A stretch of 64,000 bases of DNA from Synechococcales cyanobacterium VAR_4_metabat_354 (GCA_031414775.1 JANOQI010000016.1:32001-96000), one strand, 5' to 3'; positions 23,001-34,077 are shown, counted from the first letter of the stretch. Notes: generated from the sequence alone by a model not told the origin. A program made the numbers and translations.

Positions 23001-24069
23001 GCTAGTATTTGAACGAGCCAAAACCGGAGATATTATCCAAGGTCTGCCCCGGATTGAAGAACTACTAGAAGCTCGCAAGCCCAAAGAAGCCTGTATTCTT
23101 TGTCGCCGGGATGGTGCTGCCACCGTTGTTTACAGCGATGATGGCGAGCCACTAGAAATCAAGGTCATTGAGGCTGGTGGCCTGGTCGCCGAATACCCCC
23201 TCGGTCCTGGTCAAAACATCATTGTTTCTGATGGTGAAGAAGTGACCGCTGGCCAACCGCTAACGGATGGTCCTTGCAACCCCCACGAAATCTTAGAAAC
23301 ATTTTTTGAGCACCACCGCGAAAGCCATGATGTTTACGAAGCAGCCCTCCTCGCTCTCCAAAAAGCCCAGTCTTTCTTGGTGAACGAAGTGCAGTCAGTG
23401 TACCAATCCCAAGGGGTGGACATCTCCGACAAACACATTGAAGTAATCGTTCGCCAGATGACTTCTAAGGTACGGATCGACGACGGCGGCGACACCACCA
23501 TGTTGCCAGGGGAACTCATCGAACTGCGCCAAGTAGAGCAAGTCAATGATGCCATGTCAATTACTGGTGCGGCACCGGCTGTTTACACCCCTATGCTACT
23601 GGGAATTACCAAAGCATCGCTCAATACCGATAGCTTTATCTCGGCCGCCAGTTTCCAAGAAACCACTCGGGTGCTGACGGAAGCGGCGATCGAAGGTAAA
23701 TCGGATTGGTTACGTGGTCTCAAAGAAAACGTGATTATCGGACGATTGATTCCAGCGGGTACTGGTTATAATGCCTACGAGGAATCGATGGCCAGCTTCG
23801 ATAGCGATCTGGGCGCGGGCATGATGTACGGCTACGAAGGTAACTTGGTCGGTACCGACGAAGATATGATTCTGGACGATCAAAGCGCTCGCCGCTATGA
23901 TTTCGATGACTCACCCGAGGGCTTCTCGATCTTCTCCCCTAGCAAAGATGGCTTCAACGATGAAGACAACGTGCCCATGGGTGGACCGACAGTCAGTACC
24001 GACGAAGTTGACGATGACTGGGAAGAGACCAGTAGCAGTGACGATCCAGAAGAAGATGACTTCAGCTAA
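20071..24069 (+). CDS. rpoC2: RNA polymerase beta' subunit (C-terminal part)
   Basis: [30 protein letters not shown], large SI3 insertion, acidic tail. Confidence 0.99.
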   Translation: MTEEQKRPTLPFNNRMVDKSQLKKLISWSYRYYGTARTAQIADRLKELGFHFATRAGVSISIDDLKIPEEKRDMLEEAEETIRATETRYTKGEITEVERFQKVIDTWNATSESLKDRVVTNFRENYPLNSVYMMAFSGARGNLSQVRQLVGMRGLMSNPQGEIIDLPIKTNFREGLTVTEYIISSYGARKGLVDTALRTADSGYLTRRLVDVAQDVIVREKDCGTTRGVFVRPMMDGERTLIPIGDRLFGRILAAPVHHPKTKEMLGDRNDELDEALIKKISDANLKEVYVRSPLTCEAARSICQTCYGWSLAYVKMVDLGEAVGIIAAQSIGEPGTQLTMRTFHTGGVFTGEVEKQLRAKVDGTIRYGTLRTRSMRTRHGDDREQVEANGEFYLEPSGKGKKQTFSLTVGSTLLIADGTEVKAGNLLAEVALAKGRRSTEKATKDVATDLAGEVLFANITPEEKTDRQGNTTRIAQKGGLVWVLSGEVYNLPPGAEPAIQNGEPVDLDGMLAETKLISVNGGVVRLRGEREIDIITASVSLDDATVTIESSGSRDRYVVATAQGQRFHLIAPPGTKVLNQTPIAELIDDQYRTRTGGIIKYADIEVQKKGKAKQGYEVVKGGTILWVPEESHEVNKDITLLNVEDGQYVEAGTEVVKDIFCATSGIVEIVQKNDILREITIKPGDLFLLDDPESGQSVTGTLVNPGQKPVPELAEVTEMRYLEYVETPDGSALLLRPVIEYQVPDEPNMPSQASINKSGGGSSIELRAVQRVPYKDGERVKSVDGVELLRTQLVLEMEGETSAATQLAADIELVPDEDNPDVSRLQLVILESLVIRRDTAADPLGGSTHTEPLVTDGQQIAPGAVVARTEIRCKHPGEVRGIREGEELVRRVLVIRDLDRITVETAGATASIKVGQLIVAGSEIAPGIPTPESGQVLEIGKDSIVLRLARPYRVSPGAILHIDNGDLVQRGDNLVLLVFERAKTGDIIQGLPRIEELLEARKPKEACILCRRDGAATVVYSDDGEPLEIKVIEAGGLVAEYPLGPGQNIIVSDGEEVTAGQPLTDGPCNPHEILETFFEHHRESHDVYEAALLALQKAQSFLVNEVQSVYQSQGVDISDKHIEVIVRQMTSKVRIDDGGDTTMLPGELIELRQVEQVNDAMSITGAAPAVYTPMLLGITKASLNTDSFISAASFQETTRVLTEAAIEGKSDWLRGLKENVIIGRLIPAGTGYNAYEESMASFDSDLGAGMMYGYEGNLVGTDEDMILDDQSARRYDFDDSPEGFSIFSPSKDGFNDEDNVPMGGPTVSTDEVDDDWEETSSSDDPEEDDFS

Positions 24070-24090
24070 GTAATTAGCAATGAAAAACTT

Positions 24091-24129
24091 AAAAAAGTGG
24101 TAGAGCTGTTAATCATCTGCCACTTTTTT
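24091..24129. terminator. Bidirectional intrinsic terminator after rpoC2
   Basis: AAAAAAGTGGTAGA...TCTGCCACTTTTTT. Confidence 0.75.
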
Positions 24130-24143
24130 ATTACCTTGATTGT

Positions 24144-24386
24144 TTACTTCCAACCAGGATCATCGTACAAGGCAATTATTACTTCGGCCTGACCAGCTGG
24201 CACCCCACTAATGCAAGCACAAACCATATCTTGTCCCACGATTTCCACCTCACAGGCATGACAAGCACCCGATAGACAACCAGTGGGGATTTCGACTCCA
24301 GCTCGCTGAGATACTTGCAAGAGTGGTTCGCCGACAGCAGCCATCACCGTGATGTTATCAGGCATAAATTGCACTTTTACTTGCAT
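24144..24386 (-). CDS. 2Fe-2S ferredoxin-like protein
   Basis: IPTGCLSGACHACEV...CAC. Confidence 0.85.
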   Translation of the reverse strand: MQVKVQFMPDNITVMAAVGEPLLQVSQRAGVEIPTGCLSGACHACEVEIVGQDMVCACISGVPAGQAEVIIALYDDPGWK

Positions 24387-24608
24387 TAAGAACACCGGAT
24401 GATTTGTGAAAAGAATATATAAATAATATAAATCGAAGATGTATCCTAGCTAAAAAACAGTGTTGGCAGCAGTAAAAATTATGATATTTTTATTACATTC
24501 ATACTAGTTGTATCAACCCTATACAATTACTTGATTAGTTAAAGTAGTACAATTCGGGAGTAAGCACATTTTGGCGCAGAATTACTGGCACAGCAAGGTC
24601 TCTCATCT

Positions 24609-25289
24609 ATGAATTTGGCTAATGAAAATGTAGTCGTGGCACTAATTGTACGCTATGGGTTTGACCTGGGTGGGCAATCAGCGTTAGCGTTAGTACGATC
24701 TTGGAGCTGTAAATACGATCCCAGCTTTTTATCACTAGCTGTGGTTGAGTCTCTCCACTTGGGTCGATATAAAGCAGTATCGATCGAACAAGTTCTGAGT
24801 AGCTGGCAACGGCGGGGAGAAGTGATGCCCCACTTTAGTCCAGAGTTTGCTGAAATGATCAGTGGCCCAGAAGTCTTGGCCAAGTTGACAATTGCCGATG
24901 ATGAAGAGAGCGCAGCAGAGCTAGAGTTAGAAAAAACGTTATTTTCAGACAGTGAAATTGCCGAAGCACATCGATCAACTGAAATTTTTGAGTTAAGCGA
25001 CCCAGCTCTAGATGAAGGATCAGGATTACCGGAACCCCCAGTATCACAATCGCTCCTAGCTACCGAACCCCATCCGGCATCGCTAACCCCCATAATTTAT
25101 CCGCCCACAGCACCACGCCTATCCCCAGATAATTGGTACCAAGCAAAAGAAGCTACTGATGAGACCAATCTCGCGCCACCAGTCCAAGTTTCTCAGTTTT
25201 ATTACAAGCTCCGCGCAGTAGCAGCATCAGCCCCAACCCGCGAAAAAAATAATCGCCATTGGCCACAGATTAACCACCACCCATCCTAA
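24609..25289 (+). CDS. Hypothetical protein (conserved cyanobacterial N-terminal domain, low-complexity C-terminus)
   Basis: RYGFDL..LAVVESLHLGRYKAVSIEQVL..WQRRG..F..EF; C-terminal SQFYYKLRAVA. Confidence 0.7.
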   Translation: MNLANENVVVALIVRYGFDLGGQSALALVRSWSCKYDPSFLSLAVVESLHLGRYKAVSIEQVLSSWQRRGEVMPHFSPEFAEMISGPEVLAKLTIADDEESAAELELEKTLFSDSEIAEAHRSTEIFELSDPALDEGSGLPEPPVSQSLLATEPHPASLTPIIYPPTAPRLSPDNWYQAKEATDETNLAPPVQVSQFYYKLRAVAASAPTREKNNRHWPQINHHPS

Positions 25290-25800
25290 TTTCCGAGCAA
25301 AAAGAAGCTAAACTCCAGCCCGCAGAGCTTTTTTGCACGCTAGTCCGGAGACGAAGATTGGGGCTAGCAAACCAGATCCGCTCTTCAATTTGCATTAGTT
25401 GGTAGGTGAGAAACAGAGTCAACGCCTCGTCCTCTCCTACCTGAAACTTGCCTAGCGGCATTTGCTGCCCATTGACCATCCAGAGTAGTGACCCGGAGAG
25501 AGAGTTAGCGGTAGACTCGTCGCTCGGCATCAGGACAGTAGTCGTGCTAGTCGGTACCGCATTCTTCGGAGCATTCCACTGCTGAGCTGTTTTAGCGGTT
25601 ACTTGAATACCAGGAACAGCTGGACTGCCATCAGCGGAATGCTCTTGACGCAGCTGCAATAGCTGGGGATGATCAGCCGCTAACATTTCGATCACAATAT
25701 CAGAGCTGCCATGTGCTGACTGCTGGCTGGTGAGCTGATGACTGGTGCGCTGCGAGAACCATTTACCGGCACTCATTTCTAAAAACTTCTGAATAGTCAT
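25270..25800 (-). CDS. CpcS/CpeS family phycobiliprotein lyase (CpcU-like)
   Basis: SAGKWFSQRTSH, EERIWFASPNLRLRTS, ASFCSEIRMG; adjacent to nblB. Confidence 0.85.
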   Translation of the reverse strand: MTIQKFLEMSAGKWFSQRTSHQLTSQQSAHGSSDIVIEMLAADHPQLLQLRQEHSADGSPAVPGIQVTAKTAQQWNAPKNAVPTSTTTVLMPSDESTANSLSGSLLWMVNGQQMPLGKFQVGEDEALTLFLTYQLMQIEERIWFASPNLRLRTSVQKSSAGWSLASFCSEIRMGGG

Positions 25801-25887
25801 GAATATAAAATACAAAAATTAATTGTGTGAAAAATACCGCCGCTCATAAGTCTAGAGCGAATTAGCCGCCACCATAACCATTAGTAA

Positions 25888-26556
25888 TCATCCGGCATCC
25901 AATCGGGTCAGTGACAAAAGCGCCGATTGAGCCACATTAGTATTTTGATCTTTGGCTAAATATTTCAGTGCTGCCACACTTTTAGGAGATGGTAACTGAC
26001 CCAAGGATTCCGCCAAGCGCTGCCGCACCAGCCAATCTTCGTGATCAGCAAAGCGCAGAATATGATCGATCGATGCCACAGCTTTAATTTCACCCAAGGC
26101 GGCAATCGCGGCCTGCTTGACCACCACTTCTGGAGCATCTAGAGCTTTAATTAACACATCCAAAGCGCGGGGGTCTTTTAGATTCCCCAAAGCAACGGCA
26201 GCACTAAAGCGCACCAACCAATCAGTATCCTCATAAAAAGCGCGCACCAAGCTATGAAAAGCACGGGCATCTTCCAAATAGCCTAGGGCACCCGCAGCAT
26301 CTGCTCTTATTCCATAATCGGGATCATTTTCGAGTAAACTGACTAGGATTGGGTATGATTCAGCGGTAGCTTTAATTCCCAGTGCAAACACGGCCATCGA
26401 TCGCAACTGCAAATTTTCATCATGCAAGACTTTTTTGATTAAGGGAAAAGCTTCAGCAGCGGGGACTGCACGGAGCGAAGCTAGCGCCACCATGCGATCC
26501 TTGGAATTTCCACTCTCTAATTTGAGAGATAATTCCGCCAAGTCATATTCGCTCAT
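25888..26556 (-). CDS. nblB: HEAT-repeat phycobilisome degradation protein NblB
   Basis: RSMAVFALG, DPDYGIRADAAGALGYLED, FYEDTDWLVRFSAAVALG. Confidence 0.8.
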   Translation of the reverse strand: MSEYDLAELSLKLESGNSKDRMVALASLRAVPAAEAFPLIKKVLHDENLQLRSMAVFALGIKATAESYPILVSLLENDPDYGIRADAAGALGYLEDARAFHSLVRAFYEDTDWLVRFSAAVALGNLKDPRALDVLIKALDAPEVVVKQAAIAALGEIKAVASIDHILRFADHEDWLVRQRLAESLGQLPSPKSVAALKYLAKDQNTNVAQSALLSLTRLDAG

Positions 26557-26615
26557 TTGTGTTACCAAACCTTTATCTATCAATAGTAACAATATTTTTT
26601 TGTAGTTCTAGGCAC

Positions 26616-27959
26616 ATGCTTTTTCATCCCGAATTAGTACAAATTTGCGAGCTAACGATCCGCCAAATCCGAGAAGTACTGGCTGTGTATCATGTTTCTA
26701 TTCAGCGTCATATCCCAGCCACTGGGGAATGGTATCCTCAATTGTCAGCAGAGGTCGCTCCCACATCATCATTTTTGTCTTTGATAGATGGCTTAGATGG
26801 AGAACAGCCGACCGAAATCAGTGGCGAGCTAACCGCCATGATGGGGCAAAGGTTACGCAACCTAGAAACGGTTTCCTTTAAAATCATCTCCAAGATTGGA
26901 TCGGTATCGATCAAAGGCGACTGCATGCTACTGCCGATTACTTGTCAAGAATTGGTCTGGGGTAGGATTTGCATTATCGGCAATCCAGATATTTGGGAGC
27001 TGCGGGATTTTGATTGGTTGCAGGTATTAGCCAAAGTACTCGGACAATCCATTTTTGCTATTTACCAACTCCAAGTACCTCAAGTTATTCATGACCAAGC
27101 ATCAGCTGACGATCGTCCTGAATTCAATGATGATTCATTAGAGATTCTCCATGCCCAACTGACAGAACTAGTCCAACGAGATCAATACAAAGACGAGTTT
27201 ATCAGCAAGATTTCCCATGATCTGCGCGCCCCGCTAATGAATATGCGGATGGCACTAAAGATGCTCAAAATTAGTATTGGCCAAGATCCGAGTCTGTCAG
27301 AGTTGTTAAGCAATAAACGAACCCAAAGCTATTGGAATATTTTGGAGACAGAATGTGAGCGAGAGATTAGCCTGGTCAATAATGTTTTAGATTTACAAAA
27401 AATTGAAACTGGCAATACTCAGCTCCAAAGAAATGAGATTGATATGACCGATTGGTTGGTGTCGATCGCTCAGCCCTATCAATCACGAGCAGCTGATCAC
27501 CAGCAAAAATTACTCCTGCGTCTCCCGGAACAAACCGCACTAGTGATCACCGATGAAGCTTACTTGCAGCGAATTATCTCTGAGCTGTTACACAATGCCT
27601 GCAAATACACAGCAATCGGTCAAGAGATTATCTGTGAACTGGAGTATCCAGCACCGCTGCCACTTCTCAGTACCATGGGTGCTTCCACAAATAGTGAGAG
27701 TAAGAGGCAGGCCAAGAATGCTGTGCCAATTTATTTAACGATTAGCAATCAAGCTGTTGTAGATGCTGCCGACTTGCCGCACTTATTCGACAGGTTTTAT
27801 CGGGTACCAGCAGCGGATCATCATCGCCAAGGGGGGACGGGACTGGGGTTATCGCTGGTGCGCAATCTGGTCGAGCAACTGCATGGTCAAATTACGGTAC
27901 AGAGCAGTGGCGGCTGGACGACTTTTACAGTGGCACTACCGCTAGCACCACCAAATTAG
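26616..27959 (+). CDS. Sensor histidine kinase (degenerate GAF, HisKA, HATPase)
   Basis: ISHDLRAPL, ELLHNACKYT, LFDRFYRV, GGTGLGLSLV. Confidence 0.88.
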   Translation: MLFHPELVQICELTIRQIREVLAVYHVSIQRHIPATGEWYPQLSAEVAPTSSFLSLIDGLDGEQPTEISGELTAMMGQRLRNLETVSFKIISKIGSVSIKGDCMLLPITCQELVWGRICIIGNPDIWELRDFDWLQVLAKVLGQSIFAIYQLQVPQVIHDQASADDRPEFNDDSLEILHAQLTELVQRDQYKDEFISKISHDLRAPLMNMRMALKMLKISIGQDPSLSELLSNKRTQSYWNILETECEREISLVNNVLDLQKIETGNTQLQRNEIDMTDWLVSIAQPYQSRAADHQQKLLLRLPEQTALVITDEAYLQRIISELLHNACKYTAIGQEIICELEYPAPLPLLSTMGASTNSESKRQAKNAVPIYLTISNQAVVDAADLPHLFDRFYRVPAADHHRQGGTGLGLSLVRNLVEQLHGQITVQSSGGWTTFTVALPLAPPN

Positions 27960-27997
27960 CGGCTACAATTTAGAATTAGGTATCACCCCCAAAAATC

Positions 27998-28189
27998 ATG
28001 GAACTTCAGACTTTACAAGAACGGGTACAATTTATTGAAAACAAACGCACCTGGTTGCGCCAGTTACTGGCCGATCCTCAACAGGCTCACTTGGCTATAG
28101 ATATTAATCAAGCACTGATTGAACTAGAAGACTTAGCCGCAGAATTTGCGCGCACCTTCCCCGACGGAGTACCAACTAATGATAATTAG
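27998..28189 (+). CDS. Small conserved hypothetical protein
   Basis: 63 aa helical protein; IDINQALIELEDL..EF.RTFP. Confidence 0.65.
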   Translation: MELQTLQERVQFIENKRTWLRQLLADPQQAHLAIDINQALIELEDLAAEFARTFPDGVPTNDN

Positions 28190-28208
28190 GGCAAACATTA
28201 AGTTAACT

Positions 28209-28898
28209 TTAATAAATACTTTTGAGTTGCTTCTTCGCTTCTTTTTGCAGACCCGCCGCAATTCTAAATAGCTCCTGCCCCGAATGCAGGTACTCATCGT
28301 TGTAACAAGTTGTATAGCGATTCAGCTCTTCGATCGCATCCCCCAACCGACCAAGGCAGTAGTAGATATTAGAAGCAATACCTGCTAAATTCGACGGGTT
28401 GGGCAGAGAGTGAAAATGCTGCTCAGCTTTTTTGAGGTGACGCTGGCAGTCGAGTAAATAAGCGGCGAAATTACCGAGCAAATCATCGTCAAAGGGATCC
28501 GCCGATAGTTCCATCAGCTTGGTTTTAAAAGGTTTGAGGATGGCGGTGATCGATCGATTCACCGGCGCATAGACCGAGTTCAGCCAAATTTCAATTTCGC
28601 TATCAATATCAGGTGCTGCCCGCTGGTTTTTAGGACGGCGGCTAGCTCGGTTATGAGCAATTCGTTCATCAATAGCCGCCGGGGCATCTCGCTGGAGAGA
28701 CCTGTCATAATTCTGCTTCCGCAGCGGGTCACTCAATACTTCGTAGGCGGCATTAATAAAAATCATTCGATCGATCGCCGCCCTAGATTGATTCAGATCA
28801 GGGTGGTGCTGCTTGGCTAATTGCCGATAGGCTTGCTTTATTTCAGCCGTCGTCGCCCGGGGATTGATTTGGAGGGTTTGGTAATGCGTGTTACTCAT
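28209..28898 (-). CDS. DnaJ-domain protein
   Basis: IKQAYRQLAKQHHPD, INAAYEVLSDP. Confidence 0.9.
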   Translation of the reverse strand: MSNTHYQTLQINPRATTAEIKQAYRQLAKQHHPDLNQSRAAIDRMIFINAAYEVLSDPLRKQNYDRSLQRDAPAAIDERIAHNRASRRPKNQRAAPDIDSEIEIWLNSVYAPVNRSITAILKPFKTKLMELSADPFDDDLLGNFAAYLLDCQRHLKKAEQHFHSLPNPSNLAGIASNIYYCLGRLGDAIEELNRYTTCYNDEYLHSGQELFRIAAGLQKEAKKQLKSIY

Positions 28899-28915
28899 TC
28901 AATAAACTAATCAAA

Positions 28916-29863
28916 CTAATTCTTGATTTCAGGGTCTTGAAACAATGGCGTACTCAGATACCGTTCACCAAAACTGGGCTGAATCATCACAATCAGTTTA
29001 CCTTGGTTTTCTGGACGTTGGCCAACCTTAATAGCAGCACACAGCGCTGCCCCACTCGAAATACCAGAAAGTAAACCCTCTTCGCGAGCCAGGCGGCGCG
29101 CATAGGCAATCGATTCCTCGTCACTCACCGTAATCACCTCATCAATTAAATCTACCCGTAGCACCGGGGGCACAAACCCTGCCCCAATCCCCTGAATCTT
29201 GTGCGGGCCAGGCTTCCCACCCGACAAAACAGCGCTATTAGTCGGCTCCACCGCAATCACTTGAGCACCGGGTTTACGTTCCTTTAGCACTTCGGCCACC
29301 CCAGTGATCGTACCGCCAGTCCCCACTCCCGCTACCAAGATGTCAACCTTACCATCCGTATCTTGCCAAATTTCTTCTGCGGTGGTGCTGCGATGGATCG
29401 CCGGGTTCGCTGGATTCCGAAACTGTTGAAGCATGTACGAATGAGGCGTTTTGTCCACAATTTCTTGCGCCCGCCGAATACAGCCACTCATCCCTTCAAT
29501 TCCCGGAGTGAGTTCCAGCTCAGCCCCATAAGCCCGCAACATCGATCGCCGCTCCATACTCATGGTTTCTGGCATCGTCAAAATCAAGCGATAGCCCTTC
29601 GCCGCTGCGGCCATCGCCAAAGCAATACCAGTATTACCGGAAGTTGGCTCAATCAAAATAGTTTTGCCAGGGGTAATCAAGCCTTCCCGTTCCGCAGCTA
29701 AAATCATGTTTACCCCAATCCGGTCTTTAACCGAAGCAGAGGGATTCATACTTTCTAGCTTCACCACAATATCCGCTACACAGCCGTCGGCAAGGGGAAT
29801 CCGCTGGAGCCTGACCAACGGGGTGAAACCAACTAATTCAGTGACATTATTAGCAATACGCAT
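28916..29863 (-). CDS. cysK: Cysteine synthase A
   Basis: [34 protein letters not shown]. Confidence 0.96.
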   Translation of the reverse strand: MRIANNVTELVGFTPLVRLQRIPLADGCVADIVVKLESMNPSASVKDRIGVNMILAAEREGLITPGKTILIEPTSGNTGIALAMAAAAKGYRLILTMPETMSMERRSMLRAYGAELELTPGIEGMSGCIRRAQEIVDKTPHSYMLQQFRNPANPAIHRSTTAEEIWQDTDGKVDILVAGVGTGGTITGVAEVLKERKPGAQVIAVEPTNSAVLSGGKPGPHKIQGIGAGFVPPVLRVDLIDEVITVSDEESIAYARRLAREEGLLSGISSGAALCAAIKVGQRPENQGKLIVMIQPSFGERYLSTPLFQDPEIKN

Positions 29864-29967
29864 CGGTTTCACCAGTTCAAATTCCATAAATTATACCCGC
29901 AATTTCATGACCAGTGCTGCTTGGCTCTGGACTATGCCAAATCTTTGCTAGAATAATTCAGGACTTT

Positions 29968-30040
29968 GCACGGTTGGCCGAGCGGTTTAGGCAACGAACT
30001 CATAATTCGTGCTAGACAGGTTCAACTCCTGTACCGTGCA
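29968..30040 (+). tRNA. tRNA-Met (CAT), elongator type
   Basis: Acceptor stem GCACGGT/ACCGTGC, anticodon arm ACGAA-CTCATAA-TTCGT, T arm ACAGG-TTCAACT-CCTGT; CCA not encoded. Confidence 0.92.
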
Positions 30041-30094
30041 TCCTTTGGATAACATAGACCTCGGTCTGAATCTTGATAATTCGCTAGGTGTTCA

Positions 30095-30733
30095 TTGACA
30101 GTTCCATCATCTGGTAATAAACCCCCGCTGGCGCTGGTGGAAACAGCATTTCTTGCCAGTGCTGCTTGTTTGCTATGCCTCATAGATAACTATCTGTTGA
30201 TGGGCAGAGCATTTCTGAAGCCGTTTTTGGCTTTGCCTTTAATTCTTGTCTATCTGCGCTGGGGTAAAAGAGCGGGCTGGATGTCGGTGGTGGTGTCCAG
30301 CTTACTACTGTCGGTGCTAATGGGACCAACCCGTAGTATCTTGTTTACGATTCCACACGGTTTACTGGGGATTCAATTGGGAGCTTTTTGGCGGCGGGGC
30401 ATTGGTTGGGGCTGGTCAATCTTCGTCGGCAGCATCCTCGACTCCTTGGGTTTCTTTTTTCGTTTTTGGCTGACTTCCATTCTGGTAGGTGAAGATCTCT
30501 GGACGTATACAATTGCCAGAACTAGCGATATTTTAGGCTGGGTCTTAGAAAAATTCGGCACTTTAGCAGAACCAAATATCGGGGCTGTGCAGCTAGCGGC
30601 CATTGGCTTGCTATTTCTCAGTAGCCTATCATCTTTGCTAATTATTCATTTGGCAGCGCTGCTACTCTTTGACCGAATCGGTGGCCCCATTCCCCGCCCA
30701 CCAGCCTGGTTGGAAGAGGCTCTGGAAATCTAA
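30095..30733 (+). CDS. DUF2232 membrane protein
   Basis: LVETAFLAS, LLLSVLMGPTRS, LVGEDLW.Y, IPRPP.W. Confidence 0.8.
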   Translation: MTVPSSGNKPPLALVETAFLASAACLLCLIDNYLLMGRAFLKPFLALPLILVYLRWGKRAGWMSVVVSSLLLSVLMGPTRSILFTIPHGLLGIQLGAFWRRGIGWGWSIFVGSILDSLGFFFRFWLTSILVGEDLWTYTIARTSDILGWVLEKFGTLAEPNIGAVQLAAIGLLFLSSLSSLLIIHLAALLLFDRIGGPIPRPPAWLEEALEI

Positions 30734-30768
30734 ATAATCTCCACCCAATAAATCTGGATTCAAGATAG

Positions 30769-31854
30769 TTGATCAATATTCACACCCAGCATCACATAAG
30801 CGAGCAGTGGTTAGCCCGACATCGCCACCAACGCCCCCATTTCTGCTGTGTGCTGGGCTTTACTGATACTGGCCTGTTACCCCAGATTTCAGCAGCTGGT
30901 CTGACCCCTGCCGATCGACAGTTGACGGCTCTAGCTGATGGTGAGTTTTTAGCGCTGGGAGTACAACCCCATTACCAATATCCGCTGCCACCCCTGCAAG
31001 CCGGGGTGTCCCCCGCGATCATCACTCGATCGATCGTCGCCGCCTTAGATATCCCAGTAACGATATTCAATGCTGGTCTGCCCCAAGCACCGAGCTTTAC
31101 TTGTGTAGATTTAGGCGGCCAACCCGCTCAGTGCCTCACGACTGGTCAAGCCCTGCCCCTGGCCGTAGTTCATCATTTATGGCAGCAAGGTTTAGCTTGG
31201 GGCAATACAGTGGCACAGGCACTACCGGCTAAGTCTTATCTAGTCATCGGCGAATGTGTGGTAGGCGGTACCACTACCGCCTTAGCCGTCTTGACAGCCC
31301 TAGGCATTCCAGCCGCCGGCAAAGTCAACAGTAGCCATTCGCCCTGTAATCATGAGCAGAAACTGGCAGTGGTCAATCAAGGTCTGAGGCAGCTGCCCAT
31401 TACCGCCGATCCCTGGCAGATCGTCTCGACACTGGGCGATCCGATGCAAATAGTGGTGGCAGGCATGGCTTTAGCTGCTAGCAATCATGGTGGAGTGCTC
31501 TTGGCCGGTGGAACTCAAATGATCGCGGTCTATGCCTTAATGCAAGCACTGGCTCATCACGCCAATTACCACTATCAACCGCAGCAGATTGTGGTAGGCA
31601 CCACTGGCTGGGTAGCACACGATCCTAGTGCCGATGCTGTCGGACTCGCCCAAGCAATTTGTCCATTCCTATCGGCGGAGCTGCAATTTAGCCAATCAGC
31701 ATATCCCCAAATGCAGGTATATGACCAGGGTTTTGTTAAAGAAGGAGTAGGTGCCGGAGGTGGTGCGATCGCTGCTGCCCTCTACCGCGACTGGCAAAGC
31801 TCGGATGTTGTGAATGCCACAGAAAGCTTACTGCGCTTAATTGAGACTCAGTGA
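30769..31854 (+). CDS. cobT: Nicotinate-mononucleotide phosphoribosyltransferase, CobT-like
   Basis: GECVVGGTTTA, VNSSH, GDPMQ, LAGGTQM, GFVKEGVGAGG. Confidence 0.8.
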   Translation: MINIHTQHHISEQWLARHRHQRPHFCCVLGFTDTGLLPQISAAGLTPADRQLTALADGEFLALGVQPHYQYPLPPLQAGVSPAIITRSIVAALDIPVTIFNAGLPQAPSFTCVDLGGQPAQCLTTGQALPLAVVHHLWQQGLAWGNTVAQALPAKSYLVIGECVVGGTTTALAVLTALGIPAAGKVNSSHSPCNHEQKLAVVNQGLRQLPITADPWQIVSTLGDPMQIVVAGMALAASNHGGVLLAGGTQMIAVYALMQALAHHANYHYQPQQIVVGTTGWVAHDPSADAVGLAQAICPFLSAELQFSQSAYPQMQVYDQGFVKEGVGAGGGAIAAALYRDWQSSDVVNATESLLRLIETQ

Positions 31855-31990
31855 ACTACCAGCAGAAAAGTGTCGATCGACATCATCCACCAACCCCGAC
31901 AATTGTGGTAACGTGGGAAAGCGCTCCACATGAGTGGTAAGAGGCTAACTTAATCGATCGCCCAGTCGCCAGGGCGGGCTGAGGGACAAA

Positions 31991-32623
31991 ATGCTTGGGA
32001 TTGAAGATTTTTTTGCTGATTGTAGTGGTCTTTGGAAGACCGAAAGAACCTACCACTACCCCCTGAAGGGAGAGGTAGAACGCTCCTACACAGAATTCAA
32101 TGTCCAACCGCTGACGGCGGTGGAAAAAAACCAAATTTCTTCAGCTTTCATTCCGTCAGAATTTTTCAAAGCAGCCAGCACTAGCGACCAGGCTTACGGC
32201 TTCGGCATTTCTTTTGAAACCCTCTCCGAAACTGGGGAAGAAGTGGCCATGCGCCTCAAAGCCTTATTTATCCCAGATAATTTTCTGACCGATCCAAAAC
32301 ATCTGCCCCAAGATGCCACTGCGCCCGGTGTACCATTAGCCGCTGAACTCCCGGCCACTGAGGAAATAATTAGAGGATTTTATTTGCGGGATGAAGGCTA
32401 CTCCGAATCAGGCGCAATTACCGGTCGTTTCACTTATTTGCCCAGTCGGCAGACCTTAGAAATGACCACCTACTACAGCCGATCGGTAGCAGTAGACCAA
32501 ATGCGGCTCATGTCTCCTCAGCTACGCTTGCGCACAATTGTCACCTATCAACGCCCGGAACCGGGGGTAATTCCGTCGGTGATTAATTTGGTGGGTTTTG
32601 GCATGGAACGGCGCGAGGACTAG
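31991..32623 (+). CDS. CpcS/CpeS family phycobiliprotein lyase (CpcV-like)
   Basis: FF..C.G.WKTERTYHY..EVERSYTEF, YLRDEGY, RLRTIVTYQRP. Confidence 0.75.
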   Translation: MLGIEDFFADCSGLWKTERTYHYPLKGEVERSYTEFNVQPLTAVEKNQISSAFIPSEFFKAASTSDQAYGFGISFETLSETGEEVAMRLKALFIPDNFLTDPKHLPQDATAPGVPLAAELPATEEIIRGFYLRDEGYSESGAITGRFTYLPSRQTLEMTTYYSRSVAVDQMRLMSPQLRLRTIVTYQRPEPGVIPSVINLVGFGMERRED

Positions 32624-32624
32624 T

Positions 32625-33740
32625 ATGAAGCGTCGTCATCTGCTCCAGTCACTGGGAATTTTAAGCTTAGAGCCGCTACTTTTTGGTTGTCAGTCAAACC
32701 CAGTCGATCGATTGAAAATTAAGTTTCTCAAACAATCACTGCCCACCCTCCTCATCAAAGAGTTTCAGCAACTAGTTAAAGGCGACTTGAATGCCAGCAG
32801 CATCGCCCAATTAGCTGACAGCCTAGAACTGCTCCAGAAATGGAGCAAACCAGCGGAGATCGATCGTAGTTGGCGGTGGCCGTGGCAATCGCCCCCTAAC
32901 AACTCAGTAGCTAATTTAATTACTCTAGGCGATACCTGGCTGTCGATGGCGATCAATCAAAAACTAATCAAGCCGCTAAATCCCAGCAAAATTCCCGCTT
33001 GGTCGCAACTCGACAGTAAATGGCAGCAACTAGTAACCAAGCAAGGGCAAGTCTGGGGAGCACCTTATCGCTGGGGAAGCGTGGTACTAATCTATCGTCG
33101 CGACAAATTTCAGCAAGCAGGCATTCCTGCGCCCACGGACTGGTCAGATTTATGGCGACCGGAGCTAAAGGGTCAAATTTCCCTCCTCAATCAGAGTCAA
33201 GAAATTATTGGTCTCACCCTCAAGCAGTTAGGTCACTCCTACAATACCGATCCACAGACCGTACCAGAATTGCCGACCAAACTCCGTCAATTGCACCAGC
33301 AAGTAGCTTTGTATAATTCTGATAATTATTTATCACCACTACTTACTGGTGATACGTGGTTGGCCATGGCCTGGTCTCATGACGTAGCTGACCTAATTAG
33401 TAGATATTCTAATCTGGGGCTGGCCATTCCCCAATCGGGTACTTCTTTGTGGGCGGATCTATGGGTACAACCCCAATCGGCTCAGCCAGTTGCGAACAGT
33501 CCGACCATTGAGCAGTGGATCGATTTTTGCTTACAGCCAGCTATCGCTCGTAAAATTTCACTTTTTACCAACGCCTTGTCACCACTCGCCACCAATCAAT
33601 CGTCTCAGCAATTCACCCCAGAAATGAGCAGTCACTCCGGCTTAAACGCTACAGTTTTTGCTAAAGGCGAATTTTTACAGCCGCTTAGCGCCAATCAGCA
33701 ACAATCTTATCAATCGTTATGGCGATCGATCCGCACTTAA
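32625..33740 (+). CDS. ABC transporter substrate-binding lipoprotein, PotD-like
   Basis: MKRR..LFGC lipoprotein signal; WGAPYRWG, PTDWSDLW, SGTSLWADLWV. Confidence 0.85.
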   Translation: MKRRHLLQSLGILSLEPLLFGCQSNPVDRLKIKFLKQSLPTLLIKEFQQLVKGDLNASSIAQLADSLELLQKWSKPAEIDRSWRWPWQSPPNNSVANLITLGDTWLSMAINQKLIKPLNPSKIPAWSQLDSKWQQLVTKQGQVWGAPYRWGSVVLIYRRDKFQQAGIPAPTDWSDLWRPELKGQISLLNQSQEIIGLTLKQLGHSYNTDPQTVPELPTKLRQLHQQVALYNSDNYLSPLLTGDTWLAMAWSHDVADLISRYSNLGLAIPQSGTSLWADLWVQPQSAQPVANSPTIEQWIDFCLQPAIARKISLFTNALSPLATNQSSQQFTPEMSSHSGLNATVFAKGEFLQPLSANQQQSYQSLWRSIRT

Positions 33741-33747
33741 GAACAAA

Positions 33748-33933
33748 CTAACGGCGGGGGGAGTTATTGGGGCGCGGTGATTTTTTCAGCAGGCACCGCT
33801 CTAACAACCGCAGCTGGTAAGCATGTTGAAAACGAGCGGGATTGAGCATCACCCGAAAAGTAGGGTGGAACAACGGCTGGTTCAGAAAAGGCCAGAGCGG
33901 GAACTTAACTTTAGAAGATTGTTTGGAGGCCAT
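33748..33933 (-). CDS. Small hypothetical protein
   Basis: FPLWPFLNQPLF..LNP.RF...Y..RLLERC resembles a small conserved cyanobacterial family. Confidence 0.55.
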   Translation of the reverse strand: MASKQSSKVKFPLWPFLNQPLFHPTFRVMLNPARFQHAYQLRLLERCLLKKSPRPNNSPRR

Positions 33934-34077
33934 AGGAAGGCAAGCAGTAGGGATTGGTAAAATATCCAAATCGGTGGAGCAGCTTTAGGCGAATCTCGAT
34001 CAATTGCGATCTAAATCACTATCTCCCCAACTTCCCATATATCAATGCTGCTTACATCAGCCATTTATTGCATTCAG

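Noticed and set aside
14958..23555. Many short alternative-frame and antisense ORFs inside rpoB/rpoC1/rpoC2 (also inside topA, dnaE and others)
   Set aside because: Shadow ORFs of conserved genes with no recognisable motifs
18164..24069. beta' split into two genes with a very large insertion
   Set aside because: Normal for cyanobacteria
24508..24526. TTGTAT-N7-ATACAA as an NtcA site
   Set aside because: GTA-TAC spacing is 9, not the canonical 8
27730..27790. Missing DxGxG (G1) box in the histidine kinase
   Set aside because: The SNQA/SNSG variant is common in this cyanobacterial subfamily, and the H, N, F and G2 boxes are intact
29968..30100. tRNA-Met as an integration site
   Set aside because: No integrase and no duplicated tRNA 3' end seen; flanking genes are core
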